From Sinorhizobium meliloti (GTDB taxonomy: Bacteria; Pseudomonadota; Alphaproteobacteria; Rhizobiales; Rhizobiaceae), in contig NZ_JAGIOS010000003.1 of the NCBI RefSeq assembly GCF_017876815.1, positions 30,001 through 62,000 of the forward strand: a DNA stretch of 32,000 bases, in the 5' to 3' direction. The notes beneath the pieces are model-generated. The model made no database searches. It was not told the DNA's origin and was given only the letters and a program-made list of their open reading frames with translations. Of this stretch, positions 25,691-32,000 are shown in pieces. Position 1 is the stretch's first letter; the number at the start of each line of letters is the position of its first letter. Both the position numbers and the translations under genes were made by a program.

Positions 25691-26929
25691 TCAGAATCGA
25701 CCTCCTGCGCGCGTAAGTGGGCTTTGGCCGGAAGCGGCTTCAGTCAATTGCCTCCTGTTGAAGGGCAGCACAAGCAGCGCTGCCACGAAGGCGATCCCAA
25801 CAATAGCGACGGAGACCATCGGCCAGCCGAATGCGCCGGCAAGGCCGCTGGCGGCGGCAGGACCGATGATGAGGCCGAGGTTATTGCCTTGCATGGCGAA
25901 GCCGATGGTCACGCCGACGAGTTCAGCCCCCGGGGCTTGACGCGGCGCGCTATCAAAAATGACGACGGGGATCAGCCCGCCGGCGAAAGAGAAGACGACA
26001 CAGAGCGCATAGGAGGCGATGGCCCACAGGGTATGGCTGAAGATCCCGATCCCGCAAAGGGCCATGATGCCGAAGCTGAAGTTCAACAGGCGCGCCGGCT
26101 GGAAGCCGCGGGCGAGTAACTGTCCGCACACGAGGTTGCCGACGCCGCTCGCCGCTATGGCCAGCGCGCTCAACATGCTCGCCGTCTCATTGCTTATCCC
26201 GAGGCGTTGAGAAAGCAGCGGTGGCAGAAGGCCGAATACGGCAAAGAAGATCGCCGAGAACGCCGTGAACAGACCTCCCAGCACCCAGGGTCCGGGCGAA
26301 ACAAGCGCCTCACCGATGTCTTGATGGATCTTGCGGTACGGTCGCGGGTGGTTGGGTGGCGGGTGCAGGCCCCACCTGAGAAGCATCGCGTAGCTGACGA
26401 GGATCGAGGCATTCAAGAACCAAAACCCGCGCCAAGTGACGATGCTCAGCAGCGGTGCGGCGAGCATGATCACTGTTAAGCCCACTGGCATGAAGCTTGC
26501 CCACAGTGCCATCGCCCGGTCGCGGATCTGGATCGGGGCTAATCCGGAGATCAGGGCGGGGGCGGCAACAACAAGGCAGAGAAAGCCGAGACCTTCGATC
26601 ACCCTTGTCGCGAGAAGGGCAGTAAAGCCAGGCGATAGCGCGCCTAAGGCCGAACCAGCAGCCTGAAGAAGCAGGCCAAGGGCAGCCATTGTTCTGGCCC
26701 CGATGCGGTCGACAGCCAGTCCGATTGGAGCACCGGCCAGAGCGCCGAGGATGGCGAAAGCTGAGATGAGCCACGACGCTGCGGCGAGACTGAGCGCCAG
26801 ATCCCCCTGTACCGCGGCAAGTGCGGCCGGCGCCTTACCCACCTGGAAGGCAGACACCACGCCCGCGCCCACGACGAGCGAAATCCGGGGCCATGCCGAT
26901 CCGCCCGATGTGAATTGGGAGACAATCAA
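25691..26929 (-). CDS. MFS transporter (CynX/NimT-like)
   Basis: 412-aa hydrophobic 12-TM-like ORF with '[10 protein letters not shown]' loop signature. The TTG start at 26929 overlaps the wrbA stop (TTGA). An in-frame GTG about 19 codons downstream is an alternative start. Confidence 0.85.
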   Translation of the reverse strand: MIVSQFTSGGSAWPRISLVVGAGVVSAFQVGKAPAALAAVQGDLALSLAAASWLISAFAILGALAGAPIGLAVDRIGARTMAALGLLLQAAGSALGALSPGFTALLATRVIEGLGFLCLVVAAPALISGLAPIQIRDRAMALWASFMPVGLTVIMLAAPLLSIVTWRGFWFLNASILVSYAMLLRWGLHPPPNHPRPYRKIHQDIGEALVSPGPWVLGGLFTAFSAIFFAVFGLLPPLLSQRLGISNETASMLSALAIAASGVGNLVCGQLLARGFQPARLLNFSFGIMALCGIGIFSHTLWAIASYALCVVFSFAGGLIPVVIFDSAPRQAPGAELVGVTIGFAMQGNNLGLIIGPAAASGLAGAFGWPMVSVAIVGIAFVAALLVLPFNRRQLTEAASGQSPLTRAGGRF

Positions 26930-27564
26930 CGGACCAGCTCCGGCTGAAGGTGACTGCGACCGAGGGCCATGGCAGCTGCGACCTCGGCGACGTGCCTGCC
27001 CTGAAACCGTGCGCCGTCCAGTTCATTGGCGCTCGGGCTGCGGTCGCGGTGGTTTTCGTCCTCAGCCAGCGTCGAGGCGCCGTATGGCGAACCGCCGGTG
27101 ATCTCGTCCATACGCATCTGGCCTTTGAAGCTGTATGGCAAGCCCACAATCACCATGCCGAGGTGCAGCATGACGACGTGCGTGGAGAGGATCGTCGACT
27201 CCTGTCCGCCGTGTTGACTGCCCGTCGAGGTGAAGACGCTGCCAACCTTCCCGACCAGCTTGTTTTCGGCCCACAGGCCGCCGGTCTGGTCGAGAAAATT
27301 CTTCATTTGGCTCGCCATGTTGCCGAAGCGAGTCGGCGTGCCGATGACGATTGCATCATAGTCGGCAAGCTCGGCAACGGTTGCGATGGGCGCTTCCTGG
27401 CCGAGCCGGTATCCTGAACTCCTAGCGACCGCCTCCGGCACGAGTTCCGGCACGCGCTTGAGCGCCACGGTGGCGCCCGCCTGCTTGGCCCCACTTGCGA
27501 CCGCTTTCGCCATTGCCTCGATGTGACCATACGAGGAATAGTAGAGCACGAGCATCTTGGTCAT
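26926..27564 (-). CDS. wrbA: NAD(P)H:quinone oxidoreductase WrbA (flavodoxin-like)
   Basis: ORF 26926..27765; real start at 27564 '[26 protein letters not shown]...[25 protein letters not shown]...TGSQHGGQE', near-textbook WrbA. Confidence 0.9.
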   Translation of the reverse strand: MTKMLVLYYSSYGHIEAMAKAVASGAKQAGATVALKRVPELVPEAVARSSGYRLGQEAPIATVAELADYDAIVIGTPTRFGNMASQMKNFLDQTGGLWAENKLVGKVGSVFTSTGSQHGGQESTILSTHVVMLHLGMVIVGLPYSFKGQMRMDEITGGSPYGASTLAEDENHRDRSPSANELDGARFQGRHVAEVAAAMALGRSHLQPELVR

Positions 27565-27702
27565 CTCTTCGTCCTGTCTTGTTGCGGGTGACCGGACGCG
27601 GACGAGGTTGCCTCCGTGCCGGTCAGCACCGGTTGCCTTCTGCCAACCAATAGATGACATGGGCGAGTGATCAGGGTAATTGTGAAAAAATCGGCCAAGT
27701 CG

Positions 27703-27717
27703 ATCTATGGAATAGAT
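27703..27717. promoter_or_regulatory. Candidate LysR operator ATCTAT-gga-ATAGAT (T-N11-A)
   Basis: Perfect 6-bp arms, immediately upstream of the LysR ATG (27719), in the wrbA/LysR divergent region. Confidence 0.4.
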
Positions 27718-27718
27718 C

Positions 27719-28639
27719 ATGTTGGATGCCCTTACGCTCGACCAGATGCGCATCTTCGTCGCCATAGCGGAGACGGGGAGCTTCCGCGCGGCCGCTGCGC
27801 GCCTCTCCCGAGTTCAATCCGCACTCAGCCATGCGGTTGCCAATCTGGAGGCGGAGCTCGGGGTCAGCCTCTTCGACCGCTCCGGGCACCGGCCGGTGCT
27901 AACGCCGGCGGGCCGCTCGTTACTGAGCGATGCGCGCGCCATCCTTCTCAAGACAGACACAATGCGCGCGCGTGCTCGCGGACTTGGCGGGGGAGTCGAA
28001 CTTGGGCTGACGATCGCGCTCGATCCGCAATTTCCGCCCGGTCTCGCCGGTGCTGCACTGGAGGAAATGCACCGGGACTATCCCTCGGTCGCCATACGGC
28101 TACTCACGGCATCTCTCGGAGAAGCAGTTCATGCGCTACGGGAGCGCCGCTGCGCTGTGGCCATCAGTGGCATCGATCTTCCCGATCCACATATTGAACG
28201 GCGGGCGCTCGCCCTTGTGCCGCGCGCCGCCGTCGTCGCTGCGAGCCACCCACTCGCTGTCTTGGCTGCAGCGGGAAATCCGGTCACAGCCGCGGATCTG
28301 GCGGACCATGTGCAGGTCGTTGCCGAGGATCCATCTCCGCTTACACGAGGCCGCGACTTTAACGTTCTGTCTCCTGGAACATGGCGGGTGGGTGACAACA
28401 TGACAAAGCATGCGCTCATCCTCGCCGGAATCGGCTGGGGAAACTTGCCGCTCTGGCTGGTCGAGCGCGATTTGGCGGAAGGCCGGCTCGTGCGGGTTCC
28501 CGCCGCGGAATTCGGTCCGCAAGGCGAAACGCTGACAAATGCCTACCTGATGCATAGGACCGACGAGCATCTCGGCCCTGCCACACGTGCATTTTGCGAC
28601 GCGTTGCTGCGCATGGCCGGCCACCGAACGGTGCCGTGA
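27719..28639 (+). CDS. LysR family transcriptional regulator
   Basis: '[48 protein letters not shown]', full length, divergent from wrbA-MFS. Confidence 0.9.
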   Translation: MLDALTLDQMRIFVAIAETGSFRAAAARLSRVQSALSHAVANLEAELGVSLFDRSGHRPVLTPAGRSLLSDARAILLKTDTMRARARGLGGGVELGLTIALDPQFPPGLAGAALEEMHRDYPSVAIRLLTASLGEAVHALRERRCAVAISGIDLPDPHIERRALALVPRAAVVAASHPLAVLAAAGNPVTAADLADHVQVVAEDPSPLTRGRDFNVLSPGTWRVGDNMTKHALILAGIGWGNLPLWLVERDLAEGRLVRVPAAEFGPQGETLTNAYLMHRTDEHLGPATRAFCDALLRMAGHRTVP

Positions 28640-28784
28640 TGCCACCTTCTCGCCTGTGGCCAGAATGTACTACGCAGCTCGACGACGATCTGCGGCGCCC
28701 ACGCGATTTCCGAGGGCGGCCGGATGGTGCTTGGGGCGCAGGCCGGCAAAGTAGGCCCGACGGGGGTGTTCCGCAAAGCCGGAA

Positions 28785-29012
28785 TCACCCATTTTCAGAG
28801 CGCGATAGAAACGCCGTCAACCTGATCCTCGAAGCACGGCTCAAATCTTTCGGCAGATCAACGACTACGTCCGCAGCGGCATCGTAGTAGTTCGCCAGAT
28901 CGGTGCCACTGCCGCCGTCGAACCGGTCGGCGTACCGAAACCTTCCTTGCTCAAGTGAGTTCGTTGGTGAAGCGTCCGCACTAGAGTCTCTTCTCACCGG
29001 ATTGAATGCCAT
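28785..29012 (-). pseudogene. Possible remnant of an RTX/hemolysin-type calcium-binding repeat protein
   Basis: Only 'DRFDGGSGTDLANYYDAAADVVVDL' resembles a GGxGxD nonapeptide plus the following beta-roll segment. The ORF is short and nothing recognisable surrounds it. Weak call. Confidence 0.25.
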
Positions 29013-29025
29013 GTAAACGGCGCCT

Positions 29026-29535
29026 ATGGGAATTAAGAACTATCTGATCGAAGGCGGCTCCGGCACTGGAAAGACGTCTGTCGCTACCGAACTGGAGCGG
29101 CGGGGCTACCATGTCGTCCATGGTGACCGGGTCTTGGCCTATGTCGGCAATCCTGAGACAGGCCAGGCGCTCGCAGGACCACCCAAAGGCGCGGACCGCA
29201 TCGTTTGGGGGTACGCGCACTGGATCTGGCCTGTCGACAAGGTCCGCGTTATTGCTGCCTACACCACCTATCCTGTCACCTTCTTCTGTGGTGGCTCGCG
29301 CAATTTCCACAAATTCCTCGACCTTTTCGACAAGGTTTTCGTGCTCGACACAGACGTCGAGACGTTGAACCGACGATTAGATGGGCGGCCAAATGAGCCG
29401 GGCTTCGAGCAGGCAGAGCGCGCGTTGGTACTCCGCTACCATGATACCCGGGAATACCTTCCAGCCGGCATCAATATCGACACGGCGGGCACCGTCCAAA
29501 GCGTCGTCGACGGTATCCTCGCTCAACTCACTTGA
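29026..29535 (+). CDS. P-loop NTPase, small nucleoside/nucleotide-kinase-like protein
   Basis: Walker A 'EGGSGTGKTS' at residues 9-18; Walker-B-like 'VFVLDTD'. At 169 aa it is the size typical of AAA_33 / shikimate-kinase-like small kinases. Weak SD. Confidence 0.65.
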   Translation: MGIKNYLIEGGSGTGKTSVATELERRGYHVVHGDRVLAYVGNPETGQALAGPPKGADRIVWGYAHWIWPVDKVRVIAAYTTYPVTFFCGGSRNFHKFLDLFDKVFVLDTDVETLNRRLDGRPNEPGFEQAERALVLRYHDTREYLPAGINIDTAGTVQSVVDGILAQLT

Positions 29536-29830
29536 AGCCCGAAAAGTATTGTGAATGGATGGAAAGCACTCGAATATTGCAGGAAAGACCCTAGCCGCTT
29601 GGAATGGCTCACTGGCGGAGTAGCCAATGATGTTTGAAGCGCACAGGGGTGGCTTGCAGTCGCCTGCCTTGGTACGCCGAGCGACGCTGATCTGGCTTGG
29701 GCGACCGGCAGCTTTCGGAACGACGAACCGGCTTGCCAAACGGCCGGAATGAGGGCGCGAAGCGATCTTTCAGTAGATTGAACCTTTATGTCTGCAATTT
29801 GCCGAAGGGGCCGTACCTCACGAGCCCCGT

Positions 29831-29890
29831 GCACGGCTTGTTGCGAGGATGTTCACGTTCTAGGCTTTAAAAGATCGCGTAATGTATCGA
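29831..29890. repeat. Copy B of the conserved about 60-bp element (partner at 21895..21953)
   Basis: See copy A. It lies in the 590-bp gene-free stretch between the P-loop gene and the Bug/TctC gene. Confidence 0.6.
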
Positions 29891-30125
29891 GTGGAACGCC
29901 ATCGTGAGCCTGCCGCACGCGGCAACACGGAAGTCTCACAATAGGCGCCCTGGTAGCACTGCCATCCTCCGATCACGACGCGGTGAACGATTACTGCTCA
30001 CTGCACCGCAGCAGGCGGGCATTCTTCTGCTGGAAGCTCATTCGGTCCCCCGAGAAATAACTGAAGTTCGACATCCTTAGCTTTTCCGGCCGGGACGAAT
30101 TGAGTCGGTAGGCGACAGCTGCAGA

Positions 30126-31118
30126 TTAATCCATCTGGATGTTGGCGTCGCGGACAACCGGGATCCATTTGGCAAGCTCGGCTTTGACGTGGGCGGCGAG
30201 CTCCTCGGGCGTCGAACCCACGATCTTGGCGCTGAATTCCTCCATGCGTTTCTGCACCGCTGGATCGGCCATGGCCTTCTTCGCAGCTTCGTTAAGTCGG
30301 GCGATCACCGGCTGTGGCGTATTGGCCGGAGCGAAGAGCGCATTCCAGGTATAGGTCTCGTAACCGGGAATGCCCGACTCAGCGATGGTCGGAATGTCCG
30401 GAAAGGACGATGCGCGTTCTGCCGTCGTGACAGCGAGCGCGCGAAGGGTGCCAGCTTTGATGTGACCGGATGACGAGGGGAGGTTGTCGAACATGATCGG
30501 CACCTGATTGCCGAGAACGTCGTTCAGTGCCGGGCCGGAGCCCTTGTAGGGAATATGCTGCATCTCGACACCAGCCATCTTCTTGAAGAGCTCGCCGGAA
30601 AGATGTAGCGGCGTTCCATTGCCCGAGGAGGCGTAGGCGTACTTCTCGGGTTCAGCTTTCAAAAGCGCCAGCAATTCCTGGACGGTCTTGGCGGGCAGCT
30701 CCGGGTTGACCACCAGGACGTTCGGAACGACGACCAGGAGTGAAATCGGTGCGAAATCCTTCTCGGGATCGTAGGGCTTGGTCTTGAGGATCAGGGGGTT
30801 CAGCGCATGGGTCGCGACTGTCGCCATGAGGATCGTATAGCCATCCGGTTCGGCGCGCGCGACATTGGCTGCCCCGAGGTTACCGCCGGCGCCGGCGACG
30901 TTCTGAACGATGACCTGTTGGCCGAGATCCTCGGACATTTTCTGCGCAATGATCCGCGCGACAACGTCGGTCGAGCCGCCGGCAGCAAAGGGAACGACAA
31001 GCGTAACGGTCCGATCGGGAAAGTCCTGCGCTTTTGCGGGCGCGCCAAGCGCGAGCGCGGACCAGAAAGCAAATCCGGCGGCCATGGCGGCGCGGCGGGT
31101 CAAGCTTGGAAATATCAT
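30126..31118 (-). CDS. Bug-family (TctC-like) tripartite tricarboxylate transporter substrate-binding protein
   Basis: 'TRRAAMAAGFAFWSALALGAPAKAQDFPDRTVTLVVPFAAGGSTDVVARIIAQKM...VQNVAGAGGNLGA' is the canonical Bug/TctC N-terminus with a signal peptide. GGGAGGA SD upstream. Confidence 0.9.
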   Translation of the reverse strand: MIFPSLTRRAAMAAGFAFWSALALGAPAKAQDFPDRTVTLVVPFAAGGSTDVVARIIAQKMSEDLGQQVIVQNVAGAGGNLGAANVARAEPDGYTILMATVATHALNPLILKTKPYDPEKDFAPISLLVVVPNVLVVNPELPAKTVQELLALLKAEPEKYAYASSGNGTPLHLSGELFKKMAGVEMQHIPYKGSGPALNDVLGNQVPIMFDNLPSSSGHIKAGTLRALAVTTAERASSFPDIPTIAESGIPGYETYTWNALFAPANTPQPVIARLNEAAKKAMADPAVQKRMEEFSAKIVGSTPEELAAHVKAELAKWIPVVRDANIQMD

Positions 31119-31402
31119 GCGAAAATCCTCCCGATCTTAAACACAAGGTGCTGGCGTGCTGCCGGCTGTTCTAACAATAGGGCCGACTTCCTGTCACGCA
31201 ATGGGCGGATACGATTCGCCGTGATTGGCCGGTGAAATATGGGGTTCTTCAGTGTTCTCCCGTTGGCCCCTTGAAGCACGGCCGACGGCTTGCTAACCGA
31301 ATCGGTCGCCGAAGGCACATGGCGATCATGGTTCTCTCTAAGATCCAGGCAAACCATAGCCACTGCGGCTGGCCGAAAGCCGTGATTTACGAACTTAACA
31401 AA

Positions 31403-31431
31403 CTTGACGAACTGTCCCATCCTGCCTAAGT
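31403..31431 (+). promoter_or_regulatory. Putative sigma-70 promoter (CTTGAC-N17-CTAAGT)
   Basis: It matches the rhizobial housekeeping consensus CTTGAC-N17-CTATAT at 6/6 and 4/6 positions, about 25 nt upstream of the ATG at 31455. Confidence 0.3.
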
Positions 31432-31454
31432 TATAGCGCAGGAGGCCGAAGACC

Positions 31455-32000
31455 ATGCCCGCGACGAAGACTCTAGCCAACGAATCCCGAAACGATTCTT
31501 CGAACATTGCGCTCTCGATGAAGCTGCCACGGAAAGCCGATTTCGAGAAGGCGCTGATCAGGCAATACGCCAAGGCGGTCAAGCTGAGCCGAAAGGCCGG
31601 CCATCAGGTCAGTTTCCGCGTCGTCGTGGATCCGCTAGCCGGCGCGCAGACGATTTCAGTCGTTGAAGAAGAGCCGCTGTGTCATCAGGATGCGTTTCCG
31701 GTAGAAGAGGTGCCAGAACCGGATGATGAACTCCAGGCAGCGTTGGCTGCCGCACGGGAATGCGGCCGGCGTCGCGCGGCGGAAATTCTCGCGGAGGGCG
31801 ATATGCTGAGCGCGGAAGCGTTCGCGGACCTGCTCGGCGTTTCGCGCGTCACCGTCAACACAAAGCGCCATAACGGGCAGGTTCTCGGTCTCGACGGCGC
31901 CAAGCGGGGCTTCCGTTTTCCGTTATGGCAACTCGATCGGGACGGTCGACCCTATGCTGCGCTTCCAAAGCTGCACGAGGTCCTGGGCGGTGCATGGGCG
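31455..32000 (+). CDS. Xre-like HTH / DUF2384 (MbcA/ParS-type) antitoxin-like protein, 3'-partial (runs off the window)
   Basis: Not on the supplied ORF track because there is no stop inside the window. ATG at 31455 after a GGAGG SD, then 182 codons open to position 32000. 'MLSAEAFADLLGVSRVTVNTKRHNGQVLGLDGAKRGFRFPLWQLDRDGRPYAALPKLHEVLGG.W' resembles the HTH plus start of the toxin-binding domain of Xre/DUF2384 antitoxins. Confidence 0.6.
   Translation, partial: MPATKTLANESRNDSSNIALSMKLPRKADFEKALIRQYAKAVKLSRKAGHQVSFRVVVDPLAGAQTISVVEEEPLCHQDAFPVEEVPEPDDELQAALAAARECGRRRAAEILAEGDMLSAEAFADLLGVSRVTVNTKRHNGQVLGLDGAKRGFRFPLWQLDRDGRPYAALPKLHEVLGGAWA

Noticed and set aside
29991-30074. 27-codon minus-strand mini-ORF (MSNFSYFSGDRMSFQQKNARLLRCSEQ) in the 590-bp non-coding stretch
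   Set aside because: The AAGGA motif abuts the ATG with no spacing, there is no conservation evidence, and it is too short to support.
31392-31413. 9-bp tandem repeat (AACTTAACA AACTTGACG AACT)
   Set aside because: It has only about 2.5 imperfect units and overlaps the putative -35 box. It is probably incidental.
31115-31582. 155-aa minus-strand ORF whose stop overlaps the Bug/TctC ATG (ATGA)
   Set aside because: It has low third-position GC and rare Leu codons (TTA/TTG/CTA). Its FVKFVKFV segment arises from a 9-bp tandem repeat. It would cover the SD of the Bug gene and overlap the promoter and start of the plus-strand Xre-like gene. It is more likely intergenic.
1-32000. Scan for CRISPR arrays, tRNA/rRNA genes, integrase/att sites and classic phage-defence operons
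   Set aside because: I saw no regularly spaced direct repeats, no tRNA-like T-arm/acceptor patterns and no integrase, recombinase, nuclease or helicase-type ORFs. The only mobile element seen is the IS630-family copy.

Overview
High-GC window that looks like an accessory (plasmid or chromid-type) region of a Rhizobiales-like alphaproteobacterium. That origin is inferred from gene families, a Bug/TctC protein, an IS630-type element and a CTTGAC-N17 promoter. The window is a patchwork of small, mostly divergent 'regulator + detox/transport enzyme' modules.

Regulators: six LysR-type (one split by an IS630-family insertion), one HxlR and one Crp/Fnr.

Enzymes and transporters:
- HAD hydrolase + class II aldolase
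- Gfo/Idh/MocA oxidoreductase + ABM monooxygenase
- two tandem DJ-1/PfpI proteins
- NmrA-like protein
- WrbA + MFS transporter
- a further MFS transporter and a DMT transporter
- SAM-dependent methyltransferase
- PHB-depolymerase-family esterase
- an intact Tat-signal class A beta-lactamase next to a frameshifted class-A-like paralogue
- a Rox (rifampicin monooxygenase)-like FAD monooxygenase
- a P-loop kinase-like protein
- an orphan Bug/TctC binding protein
- an ORF missing from the supplied track that runs off the 3' end (Xre/DUF2384 antitoxin-like)

Gene decay is conspicuous. There are remnants of an OYE flavin reductase, an SDR, a CHAD protein, a Ku protein and possibly an RTX protein, plus the IS-split LysR and the frameshifted bla-like gene.

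I found no CRISPR array, tRNA or rRNA, and no convincing multi-gene novel system. The best leads for something undescribed are:
- a diverged duplicated module (small ORF + about 60-bp conserved element) at 21.6-21.95 kb and 29.6-29.9 kb
- the unassigned, fragmentary but coding-like stretch at 19.9-20.6 kb
- the truncated antitoxin-like gene at the window edge

All homology statements come from reading motifs by eye; no searches were run.
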